A stretch of 61,311 bases of DNA, the filler included. It is 5 parts of 5 records of this genome, joined end to end, with 100 filler letters (N's around TTAATTAATTAA, not from the genome) between each part and the next. Parts side by side here need not be neighbours in the genome. Positions count along the whole stretch, not along the records: positions 1 to 8,788 come from SRR20825010_4815; positions 8,889 to 33,965 come from SRR20825010_4817; 3 more parts are not named here. One strand, given 5' to 3'. Shown here piece by piece: positions 8,679 through 18,042 of the stretch (position 1 is its first letter; each line of letters begins with the position of its first letter). Position numbers and translations under genes: made by a program. The notes beneath the pieces are model-generated. The model was not told the DNA's origin and made no database searches. It was given only the letters and a program-made list of their open reading frames with translations.

Positions 8679-8788
8679 ATGGCAAAAAAAGTAAAGATTT
8701 TAGAAGGTACCCGTACTCCAGATTTAGAAAAGAAAATTAACGAACTTTTAAAGAAAGGTTGGGGTATTCGTGGAAGTATTACCCAAGG
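8679..8788 (+). CDS. Small protein, DUF1737-like, 3'-truncated
   Basis: ATG immediately after the previous TAA; MAKKVKILEGTRTPDLEKKINELLKKGWGIRGSITQ, where the L..GW...G pattern resembles DUF1737; absent from the ORF track. Confidence 0.55.
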
Positions 8789-8888
8789 NNNNNNNNNNNN
8801 NNNNNNNNNNNNNNNNNNNNNNNNNNNNNNNNTTAATTAATTAANNNNNNNNNNNNNNNNNNNNNNNNNNNNNNNNNNNNNNNNNNNN
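8789..8888. other. Artificial contig spacer
   Basis: N44-TTAATTAATTAA-N44; the core gives stops in all six frames. Confidence 0.98.
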
Positions 8889-8889
8889 T

Positions 8890-8958
8890 GGTGTTTTAGT
8901 GGATGTGAAAGGCATTTTTAAAGGGAAATTTAACGAATTGGAATACTGGAGTTTGTAG
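8890..8958 (+). CDS. C-terminal fragment of a nucleotide-sugar dehydrogenase (TviB/WbpO-like)
   Basis: Reads GVLVDVKGIFKGKFNELEYWSL*; a DVKG...YWSL end is typical of this family; lies directly upstream of wza. Confidence 0.65.
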   Translation, partial: GVLVDVKGIFKGKFNELEYWSL

Positions 8959-8978
8959 CATCCATAAAATATAAAACA

Positions 8979-9758
8979 ATGAGAGCACGAAATTATCTAG
9001 TAATATTAGCGGGACTTCTCCTCATAAATTCATGTGGACTTCGAAAAAAGATCACCTATTTTCAAGGAGATGGAACGACTACAACTTCCATTACACGATC
9101 GTACACACCTCAATTTAAAGCGGATGACTTACTCTCCATTCTTGTAACTGCGGATGATATTGCAACAGCGGAACCATTCAACCTCAATGATGCGGCAGCA
9201 ATTCCAATGCGTGGAAACTCCGGATATCAAACAGGAAGCCCATCATTGGTAGGATACCTGATTGATTCTGCTGGTACAATTGAAATGCCCATCATCGGCA
9301 CACTAAAAATTGGAGGGATGAGCCGGATAGAAGCAACCCAAATGATTCAAGAAAAATTGAGTGAATACCTCACGAATCCAATTGTTCAGATCCGAATTTT
9401 GAATTTTAAAGTTACCGTTCTTGGCGATGTGCGTTCTCCAGGAACATTTTCCATTCCGAACGAACGAATTACCATTCTAGAAGCAATTGGACTGGCGGGA
9501 GATCTCACTATTACTGGAAATCGGCAAAACGTTAAGGTGATTCGAAACGATGGAAAAACGGAAACGCAAACCGTGATTAATCTAGCCTCGCAAGAGGTGT
9601 TCAATTCCCCTGTTTACTATCTAGATCAAAACGACATCGTGTACATCGAACCGAACGCCGGCGCTCGAACACAATCCACCGTTTGGGCGAAGGCCGGAAC
9701 GTTTTTTGTGTCCATTACTTCCGTAGTTGTATCTACGATTGCTGTTATCACTAAATAA
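8979..9758 (+). CDS. wza: Polysaccharide export lipoprotein
   Basis: Lipobox LINSC; poly-export and SLBB motifs (GYLIDSAGTIEMPIIG, VTVLGDVRSPG, ITILEAIGLAGDLT). Confidence 0.9.
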   Translation: MRARNYLVILAGLLLINSCGLRKKITYFQGDGTTTTSITRSYTPQFKADDLLSILVTADDIATAEPFNLNDAAAIPMRGNSGYQTGSPSLVGYLIDSAGTIEMPIIGTLKIGGMSRIEATQMIQEKLSEYLTNPIVQIRILNFKVTVLGDVRSPGTFSIPNERITILEAIGLAGDLTITGNRQNVKVIRNDGKTETQTVINLASQEVFNSPVYYLDQNDIVYIEPNAGARTQSTVWAKAGTFFVSITSVVVSTIAVITK

Positions 9759-9764
9759 TTCAAT

Positions 9765-12107
9765 TTGAATCCTGTGAAAGAAAACCTTAATGAATTCGAA
9801 TCGTTTGATGTGCGTAAAACAGTCCGCTTTTTATTGAAGCATTGGAAATGGGTTGCACTTGGTGTGACTGTCTCCTGTTTTATAGGATTTCTTTATGTAC
9901 GATATTCAACACCAGAATATCAGGCTTCGGCAAAAGTACTTATCAAAAACAACGAAAACAACGCCATTTCAAGTTCAGAATTAGAAGGACTTGGCTTTTT
10001 GAATGAAGGAGTTGGTGCAGAAAGTGAAGCCGAAATACTCAAATCACGCCAGTTACTTGGGCAAGTTGTAAAAGAGTTGGATCTAACAACCATTGCACAT
10101 GTCTATGGTGGTTTCACGAAAATCAAGAAATCAGAACTAGATAAGTCTGAATGTCCCGTTTGGATTAGTTTGATCGATACAACGGATGACTACTTCGCCC
10201 CCATTTCAATTAAAACAGAAGCTGCAGCCGCACCTTATTTCACCTTGATTTTTGAAAAAGGAGAAAATTTGAGCGTGAAAAGTGGTGATACGATCCAGAA
10301 AAATGGTCGTAAATTGCGATTTGATGTTGTTCCAGAGAACATGAATAACTCCAAATCTTTTGAATTTAAAATTATTTCGCGCGATGAAGCCGTTACGGAT
10401 CTCATTAACCGAGTAGCAATTGACCGCGAACAGATTAATGAAGGGATTTTAAACATTTCAACTACTGGACCATCCCCAGTGAAAAACAACCTAATCATTG
10501 ATGAATTGATCCATCAGCAACAACAAAGTGCGATCGATCAGAAAAACTTAACGGCTATAAAAACCAATAACTTTCTAAGCAATCGTTTAGCATTAATTGA
10601 ACAAAAACTCGATTCCATTGAAGATTTAGGCCGCAGTTTAAAAACCGCCAATGGGATCATTGATGTGCCATCTGAACTCCCTGCCCTACTCTCAGAAGAA
10701 CGTCAATTAGAAGAGGAATTGTTTGAACTGACCTTCAATGAAAGTATCGCTGCGCAAATGGTCGATTTTCTCGATTCAGATCAGGATTTGCAATCGTTGA
10801 TTCCCGTGAGTCTCTCATTTCAAAGCAACTCATTGAACATCGCAATTAGTGAGTACAACCAACTTGTCCTAGAACGCAATCGCCTTCTGGCAAGTTCTAA
10901 TGAAAACAACCCTGCAGTTGTGAAACGGAGATCAGACATCATTCGACTACGTGGGAATTTAAAAAAGAGCGTTGGATCATATGCTTCATCAATTAAAGCG
11001 CAGAAACAGCGAGTAGTTTCCAAACTGTCGACTTCTGCAAGCAAAAAATCGTCTATTCCTAAGTACGAATTAGACTACCGTGACGCCATGCGGGATCAAA
11101 AAATCAGCGAATCCATCTACCTTCTCCTCCTCCAAAAAAAGGAAGAAAATGAAATTCTACTCGCCTCAACGGAAAGCAACATTCGCGTGATTGATTATGC
11201 GTATTCGCAAATAAAACCTGTTTCGCCAAATAAGAAAATGGTCTACATGCTCGCAGGAATTCTGGGGGCACTTCTTCCAATTCTTTTCTTCTACGTAAGA
11301 AGTCTCCTAGACAACAAACTGAGCGGTAGAGAGGAAATTCAAAAACTTGGCCTACCGGTTATCGGTGAAATTCCATTGAGCAAAGATCAATTACTGGAGA
11401 CCCTCAAAGAAGATTCTCGAAATCCGACATCCGAAGCATTTATCACTATTCGAACCAATATTGGGTTTATGTTGGATAAAAAATCTGCCAACGTGATTAT
11501 GGTAACTTCATCCGTGGCGGGTGAAGGAAAAACGTACGCTTCGATCAACCTCGCAAAGTCGTTCACTGCATCTGGTAAGAAAACGGTTGTACTTGGACTC
11601 GATTTACGTGCACCAAAACTCCTTGAGTGTATTGAAGTTCCCTATACGATAGGTGTATCTAATTTCCTTTCGTCGACAGATGTTAAATTGGAAAGCATCA
11701 TTTACCAAACTCCAGTTATTGCCGGTCTTGATTTTATTCCTTGCGGAACCATTCCACCGAATCCAAGTGAACTGCTTTTAAGAGATCGTTTTACTGAATT
11801 AATGGAAAAACTCAAAGAAAATTACGACGTCATTGTGATCGACACGAGTCCAATTGGTTTAGTTGCAGATACTTTGTCCATTGCAGAGTTTGCTGACTTA
11901 TTGATTTACGTAGCACGTGTTGGACACGTAAAATCGGAAATCATGAAATTGCCGCAATCATTGTATAATGATAACAAGTTCAAATCACTCACCGTACTAA
12001 TGAATGGTGTAGAGAGGTCGAACAGCGGCTATGGATATGGGTATGGTCAGGCGAGTTCGGGTTCTAAGCGCGGTATTTTAAATCTAATTAGATCGAAACG
12101 AAAGTAA
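9765..12107 (+). CDS. wzc: Polysaccharide co-polymerase / BY tyrosine kinase
   Basis: Two TM segments; coiled periplasmic region; Walker A SSVAGEGKT; A' GLDLRAP; Walker B VIVIDTSP; C-terminal Tyr cluster GYGYGYG. Confidence 0.93.
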   Translation: MNPVKENLNEFESFDVRKTVRFLLKHWKWVALGVTVSCFIGFLYVRYSTPEYQASAKVLIKNNENNAISSSELEGLGFLNEGVGAESEAEILKSRQLLGQVVKELDLTTIAHVYGGFTKIKKSELDKSECPVWISLIDTTDDYFAPISIKTEAAAAPYFTLIFEKGENLSVKSGDTIQKNGRKLRFDVVPENMNNSKSFEFKIISRDEAVTDLINRVAIDREQINEGILNISTTGPSPVKNNLIIDELIHQQQQSAIDQKNLTAIKTNNFLSNRLALIEQKLDSIEDLGRSLKTANGIIDVPSELPALLSEERQLEEELFELTFNESIAAQMVDFLDSDQDLQSLIPVSLSFQSNSLNIAISEYNQLVLERNRLLASSNENNPAVVKRRSDIIRLRGNLKKSVGSYASSIKAQKQRVVSKLSTSASKKSSIPKYELDYRDAMRDQKISESIYLLLLQKKEENEILLASTESNIRVIDYAYSQIKPVSPNKKMVYMLAGILGALLPILFFYVRSLLDNKLSGREEIQKLGLPVIGEIPLSKDQLLETLKEDSRNPTSEAFITIRTNIGFMLDKKSANVIMVTSSVAGEGKTYASINLAKSFTASGKKTVVLGLDLRAPKLLECIEVPYTIGVSNFLSSTDVKLESIIYQTPVIAGLDFIPCGTIPPNPSELLLRDRFTELMEKLKENYDVIVIDTSPIGLVADTLSIAEFADLLIYVARVGHVKSEIMKLPQSLYNDNKFKSLTVLMNGVERSNSGYGYGYGQASSGSKRGILNLIRSKRK

Positions 12108-12113
12108 CCTTAA

Positions 12114-13385
12114 ATGAAAGCTTTCGCTCAGAAATTCTTAAATTCAAAATTCTCCCGAGATACACTTTGGCTCATTGCAGCACAATTCGTTGTACTCTTG
12201 GTAGGCTTCATTTTGAATTTTGGAGTTGAAGAAAATTATGGATTAGAAGATTTAGGTTATTTCACACAAACGACCTCGTTTTATATGATCTTCTCTAATT
12301 TATTTGCACTCGGGCTCAATAATACGACAATAAAAAGGGTAGCAGAAAATAGTGGGGCGGCGGAGATTCAAAAAAACATCTTCTCTCAAAACTTGCTCGT
12401 TTCTATTTTCATATCAACTGTATTATCACTTTTCGCTTACCTTTTTCTGAGTTTCTTTCCGCAGGTTTTTAGCTCACAAATTTTAGTTGAATTGTTAAGT
12501 GTTCAGATGATTGGTGTACCATTTTTTTCTGCGAACAAGCAGTTTGCTGCATTTTATAGTGGTAAACGAATGCAAAAAGCATTTGCCATTCAACGGTTAA
12601 TTCGATGGGGAGGAATTGGAATTTTGCTTTTTATATTCATAGCACTCAATCATCCATTGCCTTATGTTGTATTGACGTTTGTTTACGTTGAAGTTGCGCT
12701 CTTTTTATACAACGTCATTCGAAACTACACTTCAATAAAACTATATCTGAATCTAACTGATATAAAAAATAATTTGTCCTTCGGATTGAAAAGCTACATT
12801 GCTGAAATCTTAGCCGTTTTCAATAGCAATATGGATGTCATTCTATTGGGGTATCTACTCTCCGCCTCTGATCTTGGGATATACAGTTTCATGATTTTCT
12901 TCGTGAAGGCTTTGTACATTTTCCCAGGAATCATCATGCAAAACATCAGTCCACTTATTTCAACTTTATGGCAAAACAAGCAAATTGAAGAGCTTCAACG
13001 GAAAATTAAATCGGTAGTAAAAGTGAACCTAGTCATTGCATTAATTCAATTTATTGGGATGATTGTTTTCTATTATTTGATCGTCAATCTCTTTAAAGCT
13101 TCTATGGACGGAAGCGTTTTCTATTTAGTTATTGCGGGATTTGGCACGTTCATTTTCTCCTTAGTTTCTTGGTCCGGTTCGATGCTGGTGATGTCGGGGA
13201 AATTAAGAGTGAATTTTTACCGTACATTGATGGTTTTGGTTGTTTCAACTTTAAACATTCTTGTTTTCGGATACTATTTTGAATTGGTAGGGGCCTGCAT
13301 GGCACTATGTATAAATGGTATCTTCAACTTTTTCATCATGCGTGTTTTGATTAAAAAAGAAATGGGAATAAACATTTTTCTATGA
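12114..13385 (+). CDS. wzx: Polysaccharide flippase
   Basis: About 12 hydrophobic segments; DVILLGYLLSASDLGIYS motif; position in the locus. Confidence 0.8.
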   Translation: MKAFAQKFLNSKFSRDTLWLIAAQFVVLLVGFILNFGVEENYGLEDLGYFTQTTSFYMIFSNLFALGLNNTTIKRVAENSGAAEIQKNIFSQNLLVSIFISTVLSLFAYLFLSFFPQVFSSQILVELLSVQMIGVPFFSANKQFAAFYSGKRMQKAFAIQRLIRWGGIGILLFIFIALNHPLPYVVLTFVYVEVALFLYNVIRNYTSIKLYLNLTDIKNNLSFGLKSYIAEILAVFNSNMDVILLGYLLSASDLGIYSFMIFFVKALYIFPGIIMQNISPLISTLWQNKQIEELQRKIKSVVKVNLVIALIQFIGMIVFYYLIVNLFKASMDGSVFYLVIAGFGTFIFSLVSWSGSMLVMSGKLRVNFYRTLMVLVVSTLNILVFGYYFELVGACMALCINGIFNFFIMRVLIKKEMGINIFL

Positions 13386-14299
13386 AGGTTTTAATTGTCG
13401 CAAGCAGCAAGTCAGGTCAATACGCTCCATTTGTAATGGATCAAGTGAAAGAACTATCACTAAAAGGAGTCGAATTTTCCTTTTTCCCAATTAAAGGAAA
13501 AGGAATAATGGGCTATTTAAAAAGTCTACCCGAACTCAGAAAAGCCATTCGAACGCACTCTCCCGATCTCATCCATGCTCATTATGGATTATCAGGCTTG
13601 TTAGCAACACTTCAACGAAAATGTCCAGTCATAATTACGTTCCACGGGAGTGATATTAATATCAAAAAAAACAGATGGTTTTCCAAGATAGCACATCGAC
13701 TCGCCGCACAATCTATTTTTGTTTCAGAAAAACTAAAAAAGACCGCGCAAGTTAAGAAAGGGGCGGTCATTCCATGTGGGATTGACACCGATTTATTTGA
13801 CGATTATGGAAAACAATCATCTCGAGAAAAACTAGGGCTGGATTTAAAAAAGCAGTACGTGCTCTTTTCCTCTTCGTTCAATCGTCCAGTGAAAAATTAT
13901 CCTCTCGCAAAATCAGCTATGGATTTATTCAACGATCCCGATGTGGAATTACTCGAATTAAAGGGATTTACCCGAGAAGAAATTCCAATCATTATGTCAG
14001 CAGCAGATTGTGGATTAGTAACTTCCATCAGTGAGAGCGGTCCGCTTTTCGTAAAAGAAGCCATCGCATGTGGATTACCGGTAGTAAGTGTAGATGTTGG
14101 TGATGTTAAGGCGTCTTTTGAAGACACACAAGGGAATTATGTGGTAGCTTGTGACAAAAATGAGATCTATCAAACCTTGAAAGGTGTATTAGAGAAAGGA
14201 GAACGATCTAAATCTAATGGAAAGGAACACGCTTTTTGTAATAAACGAATAGCAGAAGAGATTTTAACCGAATACCAATCACTGAGATGCAAAAACTAA
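13382..14299 (+). CDS. Glycosyltransferase family 4
   Basis: PDLIHAHYG, ITFHGSD, ESGPLFVKEAIACGLPVVSVDVGDV (Ex7E). Confidence 0.9.
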   Translation: MKVLIVASSKSGQYAPFVMDQVKELSLKGVEFSFFPIKGKGIMGYLKSLPELRKAIRTHSPDLIHAHYGLSGLLATLQRKCPVIITFHGSDINIKKNRWFSKIAHRLAAQSIFVSEKLKKTAQVKKGAVIPCGIDTDLFDDYGKQSSREKLGLDLKKQYVLFSSSFNRPVKNYPLAKSAMDLFNDPDVELLELKGFTREEIPIIMSAADCGLVTSISESGPLFVKEAIACGLPVVSVDVGDVKASFEDTQGNYVVACDKNEIYQTLKGVLEKGERSKSNGKEHAFCNKRIAEEILTEYQSLRCKN

Positions 14300-15501
14300 T
14301 TGCAAATATCTTTTTTATAAATGTTCTTTGCGATGTTTTGCTCGTTCTTACAGGTTATGTTGCTATTGTGCGAGTGCTCTTCTTGTTGCTTGTCATCACT
14401 TATTTCCTTGTAAATTATAGAGGTCGTCATTTTCATTATTCATGGATGCTTATACTCGTGAGTTATACGGTTTTATTAATACCTTTCAGTCGTGACCCGA
14501 TCTTATCAATATTATCCTCATTGCGAATACTGATGCCAATGTTAGGACTCATGATTGGATTTCACTTCTTTAATACCGAGTCTCGAATTCTATACCTTGC
14601 CAAAACAGTTCGGAATGCGCTAATTCTTTTGGTTTTGAATTTTATTATTGCTAACCTTCTTGGACTCGGAAAAAGCACCTATACTTCAGGGAAAGGTTTT
14701 TTACTCGGATCAATGACGAATAATTGGGGCTTATTTTCGTATTGTGTTTTATTCTTTCCTTTGATTTTATTTGAAACAAAGGAATTAAAATCAAGGATTA
14801 TTTCGATAGGTGCAATTCTTTTCAATATGATGCTCGTTCTTTTGTCTATAACAAGAACAGCTATTGCCGTAATGGTTTTGGGTGCTATATCAAATTTTTT
14901 ACTTTGTTATCCAATTAAAAAAAGCGCAAAGGCTATAATTTCAGTTAGTCTGGTTTTACTTGCTGCATTCCCATTGGTTCAAGACACTTTATTTGAACGT
15001 TTTTCAGCTAGAGAACATCGATTAAGAAGTGATTCTCTAGAGAAGGAGGGGCGGTATCTGGAAACAATGTATGTCTGGGAAAAGGCGCTGGATTTTAAAG
15101 AACCTACCAGGAATTTTTTCGGATTAGAAGCCTTTAATTCTATACGTAATTATGGTCCCAAAAAGATTTTGATTTTTGGAGATCGAAACCTTCACATTGA
15201 TTACAATTTGATCGTGAATACAATTGGTTTTGTTGGACTTTTGATTTACTTCTTAATGTATATTCAAATTGCCATTCGATTCAGGAAATACGCTAAAAAA
15301 ACGATCACTAAATCGACATTTGAGAAACGACTCAATGGAATATTTATTACATTTTTTTGTCTTCAATTTGTGTCTTCAATCGGTGGTGCAATGCACCAAA
15401 TTTCCTTTCGCCTCATTATTTATTTAACTTTGGGGGCTTGTATTGGATACTTCTTTAATAAGTGGAAACAATCCACAGCAGACCAATCGACACAGGAGTA
15501 A
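14287..15501 (+). CDS. O-antigen polymerase/ligase-like (Wzy) membrane protein
   Basis: Multi-TM; SITRTA and HIDYN motifs in loops; in an operon with wzx and wzc. Confidence 0.7.
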   Translation: MQKLIANIFFINVLCDVLLVLTGYVAIVRVLFLLLVITYFLVNYRGRHFHYSWMLILVSYTVLLIPFSRDPILSILSSLRILMPMLGLMIGFHFFNTESRILYLAKTVRNALILLVLNFIIANLLGLGKSTYTSGKGFLLGSMTNNWGLFSYCVLFFPLILFETKELKSRIISIGAILFNMMLVLLSITRTAIAVMVLGAISNFLLCYPIKKSAKAIISVSLVLLAAFPLVQDTLFERFSAREHRLRSDSLEKEGRYLETMYVWEKALDFKEPTRNFFGLEAFNSIRNYGPKKILIFGDRNLHIDYNLIVNTIGFVGLLIYFLMYIQIAIRFRKYAKKTITKSTFEKRLNGIFITFFCLQFVSSIGGAMHQISFRLIIYLTLGACIGYFFNKWKQSTADQSTQE

Positions 15502-15538
15502 CTAATTAAAAAATGAATCATTTTAAAACAGTAGAATA

Positions 15539-16567
15539 TTGAAAATACTTATTGATATAGGGCATCCAGCTCATGTTCATTACTTTCGTGACTTCATAAA
15601 GCGAATGAAATTAGATGGTCATCAAATTTTGATCAGTGCACGAGATAAAGAAGTGACGCAACTTTTGTTAGAAAAATATGATATTGAATATTTCAGTAGA
15701 GGGAAAGGTAAAACAGGGATGTTCGGAAAATTGTTTTATATACTGATTGCAGATCTAAAACTATTGAGGAAGACACGTTCTTTCAAACCGGATGTTTACT
15801 TGAGCTTTGTTTCCCCATATGCCGCTCAAGTGGCTTGGTTAAGAAGGAAGCCTCATATAACATTCGATGATACTGAGCATGCGACAATTGCCCGCAAATT
15901 CTATCTTCCATTCAGTAGAATAGTTTTGACACCTTTTTACTTCAGAAAGAATCTTGGAAATAAGCAATTGTTTTTCAATGGATTGATGGAGCAATCTTAT
16001 TTAAGTAAAGACGTTTTCTCCCCCGATAAAGCAATAGTGGAAAAATTCACAAAGCAAGAATCTTTTGTCGTTTTACGATTTATTTCTTGGAATGCTAGTC
16101 ATGATTTGGGAAAAAAGGGACTGACTCCATCTCAAAAAGAACAGATAATAACCCTAGTTAGGGATGAAGGAAGAAAGCTCGTCGTATCTAGTGAATCCTC
16201 TGAGAATTTTGAAGGAGATGATATTATTCAAATTCCACCATCTGAGTTTCATCATTTTCTTTCTTTCGCAGACTTGGTTATAAGTGAGGGAGGCACTACA
16301 AGTAACGAAGCCGCTCTGTTAGGAACACCGACCATACTAATCAATGAACTACTGGAAGCTAAATCTAAACCAGGAGTACATTATGTTTTGGAAGAAAATG
16401 GACTTCAAAAATGTTTTGTGGAATTTCCTGAAAACATTAAAGAATTATTAAATGAAATGCTTAATCCTGCTTACAAAAAAGCAATGAAACTGCGTCTCGA
16501 GGAATTCCTTTCCGACAAGGAATCTCCCACAGAGGTTCTTATTAAATTACTCAAGAAATATGAATAA
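15539..16567 (+). CDS. DUF354 family protein (GT-B-like fold)
   Basis: KILIDIGHPAHVHYF, DDTEHA and EAALLGTP motifs. Confidence 0.85.
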   Translation: MKILIDIGHPAHVHYFRDFIKRMKLDGHQILISARDKEVTQLLLEKYDIEYFSRGKGKTGMFGKLFYILIADLKLLRKTRSFKPDVYLSFVSPYAAQVAWLRRKPHITFDDTEHATIARKFYLPFSRIVLTPFYFRKNLGNKQLFFNGLMEQSYLSKDVFSPDKAIVEKFTKQESFVVLRFISWNASHDLGKKGLTPSQKEQIITLVRDEGRKLVVSSESSENFEGDDIIQIPPSEFHHFLSFADLVISEGGTTSNEAALLGTPTILINELLEAKSKPGVHYVLEENGLQKCFVEFPENIKELLNEMLNPAYKKAMKLRLEEFLSDKESPTEVLIKLLKKYE

Positions 16568-16859
16568 CATGAAGTAATAAAAGTTGCCTGGTTAAAATGT
16601 AATTATTGTTACTATTATTACTAACCATCGTAATCATCTGTTCTATATCGTTGGAAAATATGAGCAGTTTTAGAAGTTCTGAAGGAGTAATCGACGAAAT
16701 CGATCTATTTCTCACCGATGATCGGGACAAAAAAGAACTTCGAATTTCCAAACTTTCCCAATTATCGGAATTTTTGAACCCCACTGATCTGTTAATTTGG
16801 TTGTTTGACCGAAATTCAGAAAATTTAACAGAAATTCCCAAAAGAATTAACAAAAATGC

Positions 16860-16892
16860 TTTGGACTCCTCTTCATAAGAGTAGTATCTTTG
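16860..16892 (+). promoter_or_regulatory. Bacteroidota primary-sigma promoter for the sugar transferase
   Basis: TTTG (16860-63)-N21-TATCTTTG (16885-92), matching TTTG-N19-21-TAnnTTTG. Confidence 0.65.
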
Positions 16893-16908
16893 CGGCTTAA
16901 TTAATATA

Positions 16909-17964
16909 ATGATAGCTCTTATTCTTAAACGTTCAATCTCCAGAACGTCATCTCCGGGAGCGGATTCATCTTTAAAGTTCACCGCTCGTTTTATTTCGAG
17001 TGTGAATGTAGTATTCAATAGTGAAGAAGAAAGATCCGTTTTACTTAATAACGATTCGAAGAAAATCGAATCATACGTCGATCATGCAAAATTAAATAAT
17101 TGTAGATCAATTCGCGCGTATTTCCAAAGTGTCAATGAGCATCTTGAAATGGGTGCTGTATTTATTGGCTGTGTTGAAACACATCGTCAAAAAATCGCAT
17201 CTCAAAAGATCAATAAAATACCTGTTATCGGTCAACTCAACAAAGGGTTCGAGTTTATTTTTCACAGAGTATTTTCGAAAACCAAGGGACTTAGACACAT
17301 CTATAATTTTCTTACTAAGAGAAAAAATCGCAGGTTAACTAAGACGGAAGTTTTAGGTAGACTAGTTCGAGCTGGGTTTAAAATTGTTGGTATCGAGGAA
17401 AACATTGATGGTAAACTATACTTCGCTTCAAAAAAAATCTCAAGTAAGATTGAAACCAGAAATCCAGGATTTGGATTACTCTATAAAATGCCAAGAATTG
17501 GTAAAAATGGTGATGTCATTCATGTCTATAAATTTAGAACCATGCATCCGTTCTCTGAATATCTTCAGGAGTATATCTTCGATAGTCATGGAACCACGGA
17601 TGGTGATAAAATCATCAATGATTATAGAGTATCTAAATGGGGTAGAATCATGCGAAAATATTGGATTGATGAACTACCAATGATTTTAAATCTTGTTAAA
17701 GGTGATATTAAGTTAGTTGGAATTCGTCCATTAAGTAAGCACAAGTTTGAAACATACCCACCTAGTTTACAACAATTAAGAATTAAAACGAAACCAGGAC
17801 TATTTCCTCCATACTATGCTGATCTGCCTAAAAATAAAGTAGCCTTTTTTAGGAGTGAAGAGAAATACTTGAGAGCATATCTTAAACTAGGAACAAGAAT
17901 CGATAGAAAATACCTCTCCTTGTGCCTGAAAAACATTCTCTTAAAGATGAAGAGGAGCTCGTAA
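16909..17964 (+). CDS. Bacterial sugar transferase (monotopic phosphoglycosyl transferase domain) with N-terminal extra domain
   Basis: RIGKNG..IHVYKFRTM, IDELP, GDIKLVGIRP and KPGL motifs; start position uncertain. Confidence 0.85.
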   Translation: MIALILKRSISRTSSPGADSSLKFTARFISSVNVVFNSEEERSVLLNNDSKKIESYVDHAKLNNCRSIRAYFQSVNEHLEMGAVFIGCVETHRQKIASQKINKIPVIGQLNKGFEFIFHRVFSKTKGLRHIYNFLTKRKNRRLTKTEVLGRLVRAGFKIVGIEENIDGKLYFASKKISSKIETRNPGFGLLYKMPRIGKNGDVIHVYKFRTMHPFSEYLQEYIFDSHGTTDGDKIINDYRVSKWGRIMRKYWIDELPMILNLVKGDIKLVGIRPLSKHKFETYPPSLQQLRIKTKPGLFPPYYADLPKNKVAFFRSEEKYLRAYLKLGTRIDRKYLSLCLKNILLKMKRSS

Positions 17965-18042
17965 TTAACTCATAAATATATAAACAATAATCAACGTACT
18001 TCTTTCAGTACGGTTTTACTCAAAGTACAATAAACTAGAAAA

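Larger units (their letters stand above)
3423..8788 (+). mobile_element. tRNA-targeting integrative element (satellite/NBU-like), truncated by the contig end
   Basis: att-like tRNA fragment, tyrosine integrase, HTH excisionase-like gene, helicase, iteron-like cluster and orphan ORFs, all genes co-oriented. Confidence 0.8.

Noticed and set aside
8833-8844. TTAATTAATTAA palindrome recurring four times
   Set aside because: Always centred in 100-nt N spacers; an assembly linker, not biology
16551-17018. 155-aa minus-strand ORF in the polysaccharide locus
   Set aside because: Opposes and overlaps two + strand genes and a + strand promoter; no motif
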